Assembly (NCBI RefSeq): GCF_001194135.2
Contig: NC_069000.1
Location: 26,887,536-26,951,535, forward strand
Reading direction: 5' to 3'
DNA from: Octopus bimaculoides
Lineage: Eukaryota
Length of the DNA stretch: 64,000 nt
Below, in pieces: positions 1 through 13,321 of the stretch. The position numbers and the translations under genes were made by a program. The notes beneath the pieces were generated by a model, which worked only from the letters and a program-made list of their open reading frames with translations, ran no database searches and had not been told where the DNA came from. How positions within the stretch are numbered: position 1 is the stretch's first letter; each line of letters opens with the position of its first letter.

Positions 1-47
1 TAGCATGGAAAGCGGATGTTAAACAATGATGATGATGATGATGATGA
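1..47 (+). mobile_element. 3' terminus of an RTE-clade LINE with (GAT)n tail
   Basis: agcatggaaagcggatgttaaacaatgatgatgat matches the 3' end shared by the RTE copies at 137, 39103, 62541 and 63960. Confidence 0.75.
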
Positions 48-136
48 TATATATNNNNNNNNNNNNNNNNNNNNNNNNNNNNNNNNNNNNNNNNTATATA
101 TATAAAAATATATATATATACAGCTATCATCAGCAT

Positions 137-3100
137 ATTCTTCATTATCGTTTAATGTCCGCTTTCCATGCTGGTATGGGTTGGGTGGTTTGACTGAGGA
201 CTGGCAAGCCAAAATCTGCATGGGGCTCCAATCAAATCTGGCAAAGTTCCTACAGCTGGATGCCCTTCCTAATGCCAATCACTCCATGAGTGTAGTGAGT
301 GCCTTTTGCATGCCACCAGCACAAGGGCCGGTTAGGTGGTACTGGCATTGTCCACACTTGAATGATTTGCTTTACATGCCACCAGCATGCGAGCCAGTCA
401 TTTGGCACTGGCAATGACCACGCTTGAATAGTGCTTTTTACAAGTCACTGGCACAGGACTGGTCAGCCAGTACTGGCATTGACCATGCTTGAATGGTGCT
501 TTTTATGTGCCACCAGCACAAGAGCCAATCAGGTGGCACTAGTAACAATCAGCCTTGAATGGTGCTTTTAACGTGCCTCCAATACGGGATCAGTCAGGTG
601 GCACTGGCATCGACCACACTCGAATGGTGCTTTTTACATGTCTCCGGCTTGGGTGCTAATCAGTACTGTCATCGGCCATGACAATAATTTCACTTGCCTC
701 AACAGGTCTTTGGAAGCACAGTTTATTGCCCAGTGATTTAAGGGTACTCTGAAATGAGCTGGTTATGCTGCACTGGCATAGGCCATGGTTATAGTCTCAC
801 TTGGCTTGGCGCAATGTCCGAAGGTCATGCTTCACCACGTCATCCCAAGTCTTCCTGCGTCTACCTCTTCTACAGGTTCCCTCAACTGCTAGGGTGTGAT
901 GCTTTTGCACACAGCTGTCCTCATCCATTCGCACCACATGACCATACCAGCACAGTCGTATCGCTTGCACACCACATCTGATGCTTAATAAGTCCAACTT
1001 TTCTCTCAGGGTACTTACACTGTCGTGTATGCACATTGATATTGCACATCCAGCGGAGCATACTAACTTCATTCCTTGCCAGTTTATGCATGTCCTCAGT
1101 AGTCACGCTCCATGTTTCACTGCCATGTAGCATGGCTATTCGTACACATGCATCATGCAATCTACCTTTTACTCTAAGCGAGAGGCCCTTTATCACCAGC
1201 AAAGGTAGGAGCTCTCTGAACTTTGGCCAGGCTATTCTTATTCTAGCAGCTACACTCTCAGAGCATCCACCCCCGCTACTGACTTGGTCACCTAGGTAAT
1301 GGAAGCTATCAACTACTTGTAGTTTTTCCCCCTGGAATGTGACAGAAGTGTTTATTGCTCCTGAGCATTTGCCACACACAAAACCTATCTTTCCAGTTAG
1401 CCTTCCTTTGATATTGCTGCACCTCTTATGTATCCATAGCTTACATCATGTACCTCTTGTGGAGTTTCTACCCATGCCTTTTCTACACATCGAACAAGGC
1501 CACCTACCTGAAGGGATTTGTGATTTGTCTGCCTTCCTACTTATTAAGACTTTGGTTTTTGCTAGATTGACTCTAAGGCCCTTCGATTCTAGACCTTGCT
1601 TCCACACCTGATACTTCTCCTCTAGTTCTGATAGTGACTAAGCTGTTAGAGCAAGGTCATCAGCATAGAGATGCTCCCAAGGGCATCCTGGGAATTCCTC
1701 TGTTATTGCCTGGAGGACTATGATGAATAAGAGGGACTGAGGACTGATCCTTGGTAAAAACCTACTCCTACCCGGAATTCTTCACTGTACTCGTTGCCAA
1801 CCCTCACCTTAATGACAGCATCCCTGTACATGGCATGTACAGCTCTTACTAACCATTAATCTATCCCTAGTTTCTGCATTGACCAGCAGATAAGGGATTG
1901 GGGAACCCTGTCAAAGGCTTTCTCCATGTCAACAAAAGCCAGGTACAGAGGTTTATATGTGGCTAGGTATTTCTCCTGCAGCTATCTTACCAGAAATATA
2001 GCATCAGTGGTGTTTCTGCCTGGCACAAACCCAAACTGCATCTCGTCTAGACTACTTGCTCCCTAATTATTTAGGCTATAACCATCTCTGTAACTTTCAT
2101 TACCTGATCCAATAACTTGATACCTCTGTAATTATTTGTATCTAATGCATCACCTGTACCTTTGTTGCAGCTGACTATGGTGCTGCTACACCAGTCTTTG
2201 GGTATGACTCCTTCATGTGTCACCTGATTGACTATACGAGTGAGTAGAATATAGCCAACACTGCCAGATATTTTAAGCATCTCTGCGGTGATTCCTGATT
2301 GGCCGGAGGCTTTCCCTGTCTTCATACTCTTAATTGCTTTATCTACCAAGGTACTGTCAATTCAGATAACTGGCCCCTCTTTTGGGATGACATTCAGCAG
2401 ACTCTCTTTCTGCCATTCATTCTCTTCATTTAGCAACTTTCATAGTGTTTCCGAGTCTCTCTCCTTGCAGCCTCATTAAATGCAAGTTAGCCATCATTCA
2501 TGCAGACATATTTCTCTCCCATGACATCATGATTCTCTCTCACACACTGTCTTGTAGCACAAAGCACTTCAAGTCTTTGGTTCTCACGATGAAGATCACT
2601 GACAATTTTTTTCTTATCTGCTTCCCCTCTAGCTAAGTAAATCTGTCTCTTAGCTTCCCTTCTGTCAGTCTTATATAATTCCCTCCTACCACCGTTCTTC
2701 CAGTCCTTTCATGCCTGTTTCTTTTCCCTAATGGCCCTGTCAACTACTTTGTTCCACCATTACATTACCTTTGGTCGAGAGGAGACTTTGCACCGTACAC
2801 AGATCTGGTCAGTAGCCCTCAATAAGTTGTCCCATAGAAACCTCCTGTTGTTTTCCATATCATGTGATGCTATATCCGCCTCTATTTCGTCAAAAGCTTT
2901 GAGTACTACGTCTCTAAGTCTCTGTCCATTAGCAGGATCCTTAAGCTTCCAGACCCTTCTTCTCCATGCTGATCATCTTCTGGACATCCATTTAGCCCTG
3001 ATTTTGAAGTCACTAACTACTTATCTATGTTGGGGGGTGCATTCTTCACCTGGGAAGGTTTTGGCATTTATAAGTAGCCATCTTTCCTGTTTTCTGATGA

Positions 3101-3335
3101 GGATGTAGTCAATTTGACTAGTGTGTCCACCAGATAGGTAGGTGAATAGGTGACTGACAGGTTTCCTGAATTTAGTATTACAAACCATAAGATCATTTGC
3201 ATCGCAGAACTCCAGCAGCCTGGTTCCCTCCTCCATGCAGAAACCAAAATCATAGCTTCCATGTACGCCATGGAAGCTCCCTGTATGTTGTCCAACATGC
3301 CCATTGAAGTCGCCAGCCACAAAGTGAAGGTCCCT

Positions 3336-3336
<1 letters not shown>
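137..3336 (-). mobile_element. RTE-clade LINE, degenerate; 5' part lost into (TA)n and a gap
   Basis: Frameshifted ORF fragments: APE (VAGDFNGHVG, SQIDYILIR), RT (YRGIKLLDQVMKV, ...LYADD), C-terminal GRRRKTW; 3' UTR with tandem repeats and a terminal CCATG-CCAG-CATGG-type hairpin. Confidence 0.9.
295..670 (-). repeat. ~65-bp tandem array (~6 units) in the RTE 3' UTR
   Basis: gaatggtgcttttt-like anchors at 360, 426, 491, 557 and 622 (period 65-66). Confidence 0.85.
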
Positions 3337-3377
<41 letters not shown>

Positions 3378-3731
3378 ATATCTGTATATATATGTGTATA
3401 TNNNNNNNNNNNNNNNNNNNNNNNNNNNNNNNNNNNNNNNNNNNNNNNNNNNNNNNNNNNNNNNNNNNNNNNNNNNNNNNNNNNNNNNNNNNNNNNNNNN
3501 NNNNNNNNNNNNNNNNNNNNNNNNNNNNNNNNNNNNNNNNNNNNNNNNNNNNNNNNNNNNNNNNNNNNNNNNNNNNNNNNNNNNNNNNNNNNNNNNNNNN
3601 NNNNNNNNNNNNNNNNNNNNNNNNNNNNNNNNNNNNNNNNNNNNNNNNNNNNNNNNNNNNNNNNNNNNNNNNNNNNNNNNNNNNNNNNNNNNNNNNNNNN
3701 NNNNNNNNNNNNNNNNNNNNNNNNNNNNNNN

Positions 3732-3899
3732 CACAATAAGCCAAACCTATGCACATTTCAATAGGGTATCCCGGATAAATAAACCACATCATAAGATGTC
3801 TCGTAAAATATTGTAACAAATATTTTACGAGACATCTTATGATGTGGTTTATTTATCTGGGATACCCTATTGAAATGTGCATAGGTTTGGCTTATTGTG
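3732..3899. repeat. Near-perfect palindrome with 81-bp arms and a 6-nt loop
   Basis: 3732-3812 is the reverse complement of 3819-3899 with one mismatch; the left arm abuts an N gap. Confidence 0.9.
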
Positions 3900-3989
3900 G
3901 TTGTTTCTGTTATTATAATTGTTGCTGCAATAAAGTATCTTCAATGCATTGATTTTGAGCTCTATCTTTTAAGAGACATATATATATAT

Positions 3990-5472
3990 ATATATATAAA
4001 TAATATAAATTTTAACCTCACTACATCATTTTACCAACCATACCATAAACCCAATAACAATATTACTGATATACATGCACAGAGTAATTTATTGTAATAT
4101 TATTGATATCATACCTTATAACATTGAAAATAGAACTAACTAACTTATCCTCTAATGAAGACATTTTTAACAAGCATTAAAACTATTACAATTTAGCTCT
4201 TAAGAAAGCTGGTTATAAATATCAAATTAAGTACAACAATATTGACAATGATTTTTCTAATCATACTAATAGTTATGTGGATAAGAATTTCAATAAACAC
4301 ACAAAAAAATTCACACCCCATAATAAATTAGAACACACTGGTACACAACTTAATTCTATAAATTATATTCATAAAGATAACCATAAAACAAATTTTTTAA
4401 CAATAATAGACCAATTAATATGATTTTACTAACCAGATAATTATGAATACCAGTATTATTAATAATATAATTAATTGTAATGGTACAGACAGTAATTATG
4501 GGAAAAACATTAACATAGCTAAAAATAGTAACATGAAACAAAGTCTCTTTACAAACAAATCTTCTATTTCATCACATCCTCTTAATAACTCACATAACTA
4601 CACAACCAATTTTAATGATGTTCAAAATAATAATAATAATATTAGAGGTAAAAAAAAAACCTATACCATATATTCGAATGGGTGACCCATCTAATACAAA
4701 CCACCATACCAATAAGTAACACAACAATAACATAATTTGGATTATATTTCCTTTTGCTATACATTTGAAGTCTAATTTTATAAAGTCTGTTCATTCTATT
4801 ATTGGATCAAACTTTGGTAACTCTAGGTATGCTAAGATATTTAATAACAAGATGATTACATTTGGTTTTTCTGTTTCTCCCAACTTATTTAGGATTATTT
4901 CTTCCTTTAACAATAGAAATTTAAACCATTACTACAAAGAATTAACCTTCTCTGTTACAAATACTAACCTCAACTATTCCAATAGATCTGTATTTAATAC
5001 CAACAATTCTCATCCTCACATTATTCCTATCTCTATTAATACATATACACATAACAATAGAACATCTAATATTAGTAATAATTATAACTGTAGAAACCCA
5101 AACACCTGTGAGGTAAAAGGTAATTGTGAAAAGAAAAATGTAGTATATAAAGTTACTGTTATAACCCATGATCTCTCTAAGTTTCATTATATAGGTTTTA
5201 AATTATGTTTGAATAATCATAAATCATCTTTTACTGATCCTTGGATAGAAAGTAATACTAGTCTATCAAAAAAGGATAACATAAATTTCTCAATTTCTTG
5301 GAATATTATTTCTTCTGCTCCTTCTTATAGGATTAGCAATAGAACTTGTTTTTTATACCTAGAAGAGTCTTATATAATTATGAAGATGAATTGTTATATC
5401 TTAAAGTCTAGAGATGAGAGAGTTTTTTCTTCTAAACATATGTCTAAATTTTTTTTCATTAACCTGAAATAG
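3990..5472 (+). mobile_element. Penelope-like element fragment (thumb, linker, degenerate GIY-YIG endonuclease)
   Basis: LSSNEDIF...ALKKAGY thumb motif; ORF 4765-5472 with NCRNPNTCEVKGNC, HYIG, NHKSSF and ISWNII. Confidence 0.8.
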
Positions 5473-5771
5473 TTTTTTATTGATAACCCCATATTCTTCT
5501 TATTGGTTCTTATTCTACTTCTTATCCCTCTTTATTTTATACAACGTACTTGCATATATACTGCACACACATGTATATGTCTCCATCTGTGCATATGTCT
5601 ATATGTATACTTGTAGATTTTTGTGTGTGTGTGTATATATAAATATGTATATATATATATATATATATATANNNNNNNNNNNNNNNNNNNNNNNNNNNNN
5701 NNNNNNNNNNNNNNNNNNNNNNNNNNNNNNNNNNNNNNNNNNNNNNNNNNNNNNNNNNNNNNNNNNNNNNN

Positions 5772-5803
<32 letters not shown>

Positions 5804-6469
5804 ATCTGTATATATATATATGTATATGTACATTTGTTCGTATATGTTTGTGTGTATGTGCATATATATATATATATGGGTGTGTGTGTGTGTGTGTATG
5901 TGTGTATATGTATTGTATATGTGCATGTATGTATATGTATTGTATGTGTATTTATGTATATGTTATGTGTATGTATATGTATACATATATATATTTGTTT
6001 TATGTGAATACATGTTAATCATATTACATGTATCTTCCCATACACATGCTCTCATACATGTGTGTGTGTGTGTGTATGTATGTTTGTATATTTATGTGTT
6101 AGGTGTATACTTATTTATTCCTTGTGAATTGATAATAATTTTTTCTTCATATATTTTTTCTGTTTTTTTAATATTTTTTTTCATTTATGATTATCTCTCC
6201 TACACGGGGCAAAATTTTAAATTGGAGATTTTTAAATAGAGAATATATGTATATATTTTTTCTGTAGCAGTATTATGATGGTAGGTTTTTTCCCTGTTAA
6301 GTTTTTAGATTTTTTCATTGCTTCATACCCATAACTTTTCATACACTAAATCAATTTTAAGTATAGCTTTATTATTTAGTTAGACACTTATTATAGTATT
6401 TTTTCATTTTCAATATAAATATATATATACATGTAACTCTCTATGGCTTTTCTCTGTTAGTGAACGTGA

Positions 6470-7380
6470 TGTTTATATATGCTCGTACCATTCAGTAACA
6501 ACTTCAGCTGTGTGAATTAATACATTATTATCCTGTAAGATTGCGTTTCCCTCTGGATGAATTTGATCAGATAGAATGCATAAATAGTCTTGACTGTTAA
6601 TTCTGCAATGAAGGGAAACCATTGGGCTGGCGGATTTCCAAGATATAGCCCCCCAGATCATCACAGATCTTCCTCCATGTTTAACAGTTGGAAGAAGTCA
6701 GTCTGGGTCAAACGCTTCTTTTGGCTGTCTCCACATATTGGTTGGAAATATGGTAAAGAATGACTCGTCTGAGAAAATTACATTCTTCCACTACGCTAGG
6801 GACCGTTCTAAACACTTTGCAATGTTTGTTTTTGAAAGTAGTGGTTTTCTCATTGCAGCCCTTCTGTGAAATCTGGCTTTATGCAGCTCCCAGCAAACAG
6901 TTTTTGTGGAAACTGGTTTCTCGAGGTGGTCATTAAGCTGTACAGTAATTTTGGGAGCTGTACTTTTGTGACCCCTTCCAACAATTCGCGTGAGAGTCCA
7001 ACAGTCACTATCTGAAAGTTTTGGTTTTCTTCCGGATTTTTGTTTTGACGAGGACGTTTTTCTCTCTTTCTCAAAGGCTGTCGTTACTTTCGAGACAGAT
7101 ACACCAAACATTTTGGTTGTTTTCGTTACACTAGCACCTGCCATACGAGCACCAACAATTCGACCTCTTTGAAAGTCCGATAGATGTGTCATTTTAATGA
7201 ATTTGAATTACCTTTTTCTGATGATATCTGTAAAGAAACAGCAATTTTAGCAAAACATATTAAGCAACACTAATGATAAATCAAAAAGCATGACAATAAA
7301 CAAGCTTTTGACAGTTTTATAGATATTTTAAAATTGTGATGCTATGATTCTAGGTATTTGCATTATTTTGTCCAAATACA
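6470..7380 (-). mobile_element. Tc1-like transposon, 3'-truncated, transposase disrupted
   Basis: LSDFQRGRIVGAR HTH start, SGRKPKL, IFSDES, KHGGRSVMIWGAIS, ILQDNN; TIR-like 5' end near 7380. Confidence 0.85.
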
Positions 7381-7407
7381 TTTCTATCTATCTATCTATC
7401 TATCTAT

Positions 7408-7495
7408 CTTATTTCTTTACTGCCCCCAAGGGGCTACACACAGAGGTGACAAACAAGGACAGACAATGACGTTTCTGCCAGCTCACCGCCTTGCC
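7408..7495 (-). mobile_element. Internally deleted tRNA-derived SINE inside a (TCTA)n tract
   Basis: The head ggcaaggcggtgagctggcagaaacg resembles the SINE heads at 28207-28430; it is fused directly to a tail ending gcagtaaagaaataag. Confidence 0.55.
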
Positions 7496-7589
7496 ATCTA
7501 TCTATCTATTTATTTAAATTATTTATTTATATAATCTATTCAAGTGCTGTAGAAATAAAAGCATGTGGTTATTTGATTCAGGATGGGGG

Positions 7590-10030
7590 AGAGGTTCAGT
7601 ATTTCATTCTATTGAAGGTAAAATTACTTCAGTGCCTACATTTATCTCCACATTCATCGTATATGTTTAATAATTCATCTCTAGACTGTAGTAGTTTCAT
7701 AAATTCTGTTATGCATAATAAACACATTTTATTTCCAATATAATAGGAGTGGACTCTACCTATTATACTCCAATTAAGGGTGTACTCTCTTTTTCTAAAT
7801 TTTAATTCCCATATATATTTACTTATGCCTGTGGACTTACTTAAATTAGGATTTTTGAAGGTCTAGTAGTGTTGGGACATTCTTTTTTAAATTTCATTAG
7901 CTGTTGATCCAATATAAACCTTATTTATAATTTTATTATTATTGTTCTTGGAGCTTACTATACATTTATAAATTACATTATCAATATTACAATTATTAGA
8001 GAGCTTACATTTAGTCTTATCACAACATGAACATTTTTCTATATGTTGATTAAGACTTTTATCATTGTCGGCTAGAGCTATTATTTATTATGCTATTATG
8101 ATAATTATTTAATTTGTTATTATTTATAGAGGAAATGATATTATCTATTTTTCTCGGTATTGAGTATCCCACTCTTATGGTTCTATTGGAAAATATATTT
8201 GAATGACAGTTTAAAAAAAAACATTCTTACAATTTTAAGTGTCTCCTTAATAATATTAGTTATCACTTGGGCCCCATACGGAATAATTAACCAAATAATG
8301 TCCTTTTTATTTTTATATTATCATTATTAGACATCATCATTATTAAATTGTTATTCTTAGGCATATTATATCTCTCCTTGTATAATTTACTATTTTTCTT
8401 ACAATTCATTTTTTTTGTTATTTTATCTAGTCTCAGCACATGAGCTGTGGCCATGCTGGGGCCATATTCTCATTATCAATATTACTATTATTATTGTAAT
8501 CATTAATAACATCTATATTGTATTTATCTTTGTTATATTGTTATTTATTATTATTCATATTTTTACTGTTAGAATTATTATTAGTTTTATTAGGATTACT
8601 TGTTATATTATTAATGTGTTCGTAATATTTAAAAAAATTTATATTAGAGTTATATCCTGCTTTTTTTAATGCTTTATTATGATATGGGGCATGTTTATTA
8701 AAAGTGTCATAATCTGAGGATAGCATAGATATTCTTTTGTCTATATTATCTATTAAAGCTTCTTTAACTGATCTAGGATGGGTACTTAAAGAACTAATAT
8801 ACTTTACATTTTCATTCAAATTATTAGTGACTAGATTAAGGTTGATGTCTAGGTAATATATTGCATATTGTTCATTCTATATAGATATCCTTAGGTCATA
8901 ATTCTTAAAGAACTTGTACATTTTCTTCTTAAGGCATTCTAATGACCTATTAGTACAGTTCCTAGATACAAGTAGTAGGTTCACCCTTTAAAGACCACCC
9001 TCTATATTCGTAAATTCTATTTCTATTTTAGATAAGAGATATAAACCTATAAGATCGGTAACCTGGGCAGAATCCAGGGCACCCATGGGTATATCAAAAC
9101 AATCTCTTGTCTTTTTTTGCCCATAGTTTATATTTTATAATAGACTTCCTCGTGGCCAACACCACTTTGACTTCTTCAAATGACATATTTACCTTTCTCA
9201 CAGTGTATGATAGGGCCTTATTTAAAACCACTTCATTTATAGATGAATAATAATTCTTTATATCAATTTGAAGGAATTTACATATATTTTAATCCTGAAT
9301 ATTATTAAACCATTTTATAGTATCTCAGATACAATTCCAGAGTTTAAGATTATCTCACCTATTTAATTTAACTATATATTTATCTAATATTAGTCTATTA
9401 AGTCTGCCTATATTTGACTTGCTTAGGGCATATTAGCCTTACTTGGGGGTTTGAGTAAAAATTATCCTTATGGTCTTTAATCCTTATTTTTGGATGCATC
9501 GGGACATATGGTTCAATTCTATTTTCAATACCATATTTAACCATAATTTTTTTGGGTTTTGGGGATTATCTAAATAATTCTCATTAACTACCTTATATTT
9601 TTTCATTATTTCCTTTTCTAGTAGGTTATCATAAAGTAGTGTATCTAGTCTCTATAAATTCCTGGTCTTATCAGATTGTACTATAACACCATCCTAGTTC
9701 TTTAATATTTCTATTTTTCTATATAAGTTGCTGAGGTGCTTGTTGTGTCTGTTAGGGTATCTTTTTAATTTTATATTTTTCACCATATTCCATATTTTCT
9801 CCTCAAAGTCCTGTATAATTCTATTATTGGGAGGTTCCTGCTTAGATTTGAAGTTTCTTTTTATGAAGTCTATATCTTCCATGTGAGTATTATTCTTATT
9901 AGGATTGTTGTTATTGCAGTAGTGAGCCTTCCATTTCATTCTATTTATAAAGTGTTTTAGCTGGTTAATCAGGTCTTGTGTATATTCTTTCCTGCTGGGA
10001 ATAGGTATATCCTTCAAAGATGAGTTTCAC
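7590..10030 (-). mobile_element. Penelope-like element, near full length, degenerate
   Basis: N-terminal LKDIPIPSRKEY...RMKWKA, RT QIDIKNYYSSI and FDIPMGALDSAQVTDLIGLYL, thumb HPRSV...ALKKAGY, endonuclease VYIGST...KYIWELK...LNWSI...KCRH. Confidence 0.9.
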
Positions 10031-10266
10031 TCTATCGCCTCAATCCTATCTGATAGATCTATATCTGACATATATAATAAGTCCTAGTGGTAGAACCAAT
10101 TGTATAATTAATTTAATTAATTTGGGAAAACAAATTTCCAAATCAATCTGGTACAAACCTTCAGCATTACATGCATCTGCATATCATTCCTTGGGATATT
10201 CTTTATCTTATATTTATATATTTATCTCGTAATATACAAAGTATCTAATAAAAGTCAATAATAATT

Positions 10267-10320
10267 CCCTAACCCTAACCCTAACCCTAACCCCTAACCC
10301 TAACCCTAACCCTACCCTAA
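10267..10320 (+). repeat. Interstitial telomeric-type repeat (TAACCC)n, ~9 units
   Basis: Read directly, with two imperfect units. Confidence 0.9.
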
Positions 10321-10337
10321 ATTTATTAATTATGACG

Positions 10338-10473
10338 GAACTTCTTGTGTTTCAGTATTGGAAGATTACAATATATATACATACACACAAATGTATACAT
10401 ATATATATATACATATATAAATATATATATGCAATCATCAGTTTTACAATTATTCCAACACATCTTCAGGTTC
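10338..10473 (-). ncRNA. Degenerate type I hammerhead remnant upstream of the PLE ORF
   Basis: gaac-CUGAAGA-(gtgttggaa...ttccaatac stem II, loop invaded by microsatellite)-GAAAC-acaa-GAA-gttc; the cleavage triplet lacks its U. Confidence 0.4.
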
Positions 10474-10736
10474 TTTTTCAAAGTATTGCTAATCTAATTT
10501 TAGATCCCTTTAAAAAATAAGCATTAAATTAAGCAATAAATTAAACATTAAAAATTAAAAATCAAAATTATACTTTGTAATATTAAGAATTAAAATTTAT
10601 AAATTATACATTATAAATATGAATTAGTATATATATCAACCTTACAAAGTCAAGTATATAATGTCANNNNNNNNNNAGATATATATATCAAAAATTTAAA
10701 TGAGAGTTTTGACACTAATATCCATTATTATTGAAG

Positions 10737-10830
10737 TTTATTCCTATTTCAACATTTCTGTATAAGGTCATATTTAACTGTCAAATTCAAGTTAAATAAG
10801 AAAATTACCTTACACATCTTCAGGGTAAAA
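10737..10830 (-). ncRNA. Type I hammerhead motif in the inverted pLTR copy (stem III mutated)
   Basis: Mirror of 11415-11508; stem III reads GAAAtgttgaaATA. Confidence 0.55.
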
Positions 10831-11414
10831 GGTAAAGAGTAAACACCAAAAACATTGTCTCTAAGTCTGGTTCATATTCAAATTTCTCCTTAAATAAATT
10901 CCTCCTTAAATAAAGGTCCATCTAATATTGGAAATCTTTCCCTTATGACAAAGGTAAGAGATATTGCTTGCTGTGTAATCTAGAATTATATTTTATATTA
11001 TTCTCTAAGGGTAAGTTGATAAATAAACTCACATATAATGCTTTCAGATGTAGTCGTTATCCGAGGCACACATTTCTCTGGTTTAAATAAGTTATAAATT
11101 TCAGTATGATCGGGTATTATAGTATATTATAGTATAATATTAGGTTTAAAGGCAGGGCATATCAATGTATAATTTACCAATAGCAATTGTATTTGTATTT
11201 GTGTTTATTTGCTAAAGTTTCTAGAGATTTCCATTGATTCTATAGATTTCCATTGATTTAGAAGTTATTACCAGGAATCAACATTTGTTATATGTGATTA
11301 TTTATAATTAATAATATTATTAGGGGTTTTCTCCCTTAGACGGACATTTATTTAAGGAGAAATTTGAATATGAACCAGACTTAGAGACGATGTTTTTGGT
11401 GTTTACTCTTTACC

Positions 11415-11508
11415 TTTTACCCTGAAGATGTGTAAGGTAATTTTCTTATTTAATTTGAATTTGACAGTTAAATATAACCTTATACAGAAATGTTGACATA
11501 GGAATAAA
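11415..11508 (+). ncRNA. Type I hammerhead motif in the PLE pLTR
   Basis: CUGAAGA at 11422; 10-bp stem II tgtgtaaggt/accttataca; GAAA at 11487; palindromic ATGT-TG-ACAT stem III; AUA triplet; stem I is weak. Confidence 0.65.
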
Positions 11509-11733
11509 CTTCAATAATAATGGATATTAGCGTCAAAACTCTCATTTAAATTTTTGATATATAACTAAGGAGATCGATCCATAAGGAGTCTACTATAGAC
11601 CTTTGGGGAGAAATCGCTTGCTAACTTGGTAGCGATTATATGTTTATCTCATCAACACATTGTGGAGATATCATCATATGAACAAATATATACATATATA
11701 TATAGACATATACATATATATGATAATATCTGT

Positions 11734-11778
<45 letters not shown>

Positions 11779-12537
11779 NNNNNNNNNNNNNNNNNNNNNN
11801 NNNNNNNNNNNNNNNNNNNNNNNNNNNNNNNNNNNNNNNNNNNNNNNNNNNNNNNNNNNNNNNNNNNNNNNNNNNNNNNNNNNNNNNNNNNNNNNNNNNN
11901 NNNNNNNNNNNNNNNNNNNNNNNNNNNNNNNNNNNNNNNNNNNNNNNNNNNNNNNNNNNNNNNNNNNNNNNNNNNNNNNNNNNNNNNNNNNNNNNNNNNN
12001 NNNNNNNNNNNNNNNNNNNNNNNNNNNNNNNNNNNNNNNNNNNNNNNNNNNNNNNNNNNNNNNNNNNNNNNNNNNNNNNNNNNNNNNNNNNNNNNNNNNN
12101 NNNNNNNNNNNNNNNNNNNNNNNNNNNNNNNNNNNNNNNNNNNNNNNNNNNNNNNNNNNNNNNNNNNNNNNNNNNNNNNNNNNNNNNNNNNNNNNNNNNN
12201 NNNNNNNNNNNNNNNNNNNNNNNNNNNNNNNNNNNNNNNNNNNNNNNNNNNNNNNNNNNNNNNNNNNNNNNNNNNNNNNNNNNNNNNNNNNNNNNNNNNN
12301 NNNNNNNNNNNNNNNNNNNNNNNNNNNNNNNNNNNNNNNNNNNNNNNNNNNNNNNNNNNNNNNNNNNNNNNNNNNNNNNNNNNNNNNNNNNNNNNNNNNN
12401 NNNNNNNNNNNNNNNNNNNNNNNNNNNNNNNNNNNNNNNNNNNNNNNNNNNNNNNNNNNNNNNNNNNNNNNNNNNNNNNNNNNNNNNNNNNNNNNNNNNN
12501 NNNNNNNNNNNNNNNNNNNNNNNNNNNNNNNNNNNNC

Positions 12538-13321
12538 TGTTAGTTGGGTTATAGGAATTAGCTACTTTTAGTATGTGCCACTTTAGTTTATATTCTATCT
12601 TATTGTTGTTTAGTTCCCAGATATACCTACTAAGTCCTGTTGAATTTGCCTTATTTCTGTTTTTAAAACTGGATAGGTGCTCATTATATCTAAGACGTAT
12701 TTGGTTTTTCGTGGCCCCAATGTAAGATTTAGTGTGGCTGTTTGTTTGTACGTCACATTGGTAAACTATATTATCTGTCTTGCATCTATTGGAGAAATTA
12801 CATTTATTCCTGTCTCTACAGCCACATAGGTTGTAAGGGGTGTCTATGTCTGTGTGTTGTTGTGTGGCCCTATTGTTTTTTCTGTGTGCGTCCCTCCTAG
12901 AAAGGGGTGTTGGATTAGGGTTGGAGTTAGTTATATTATTTGGTGGGGTTGTTGATTTGGTTGTTCGTGGTGTTTCTAGCTGTATAGAATGCGTCTAATT
13001 TCTTATTATTAATAGATGCTATTATGGTAGCTAAGTTACATGTCAGGCTGTGGCCTATTCTTATTTTGTTCTTAAATATTTCTGCGTATTTATTGTTCAC
13101 ATTGAGGTGTTTATCAATTATGTTCATTAGCGAGCAGACTATGTTAGATTTGAGGTTCATGTTATAGGGAATGATCAGCCAGGTCGTATCCTTATTGTTC
13201 TTGCTGCTATTATGGCCATATCTGGTATAGAACCTGCCATCATAATTAGGAAGGCTGGTGAATTTTTCTTTCCGGCTATCTAATTTATTTCTATAGTTAG
13301 GTTTATTTTTGATATGCGTCT
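12538..13321 (-). mobile_element. Penelope-like element fragment (linker plus GIY-YIG), bounded by gaps
   Basis: WLIIPYN, CGCRDRNKCNFSNRC, SYIGAT...RYNEHLSSF, LSRYIWEL...LKWHI. Confidence 0.85.

Larger units (their letters stand above)
10682..11563 (+). mobile_element. 5'-truncated PLE with 218-bp inverted pseudo-LTRs
   Basis: 10682-10899 is the reverse complement of 11346-11563; the interior encodes the endonuclease tail YWKSFPYDKGKRYCLLCNLELYFIL. Confidence 0.85.
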
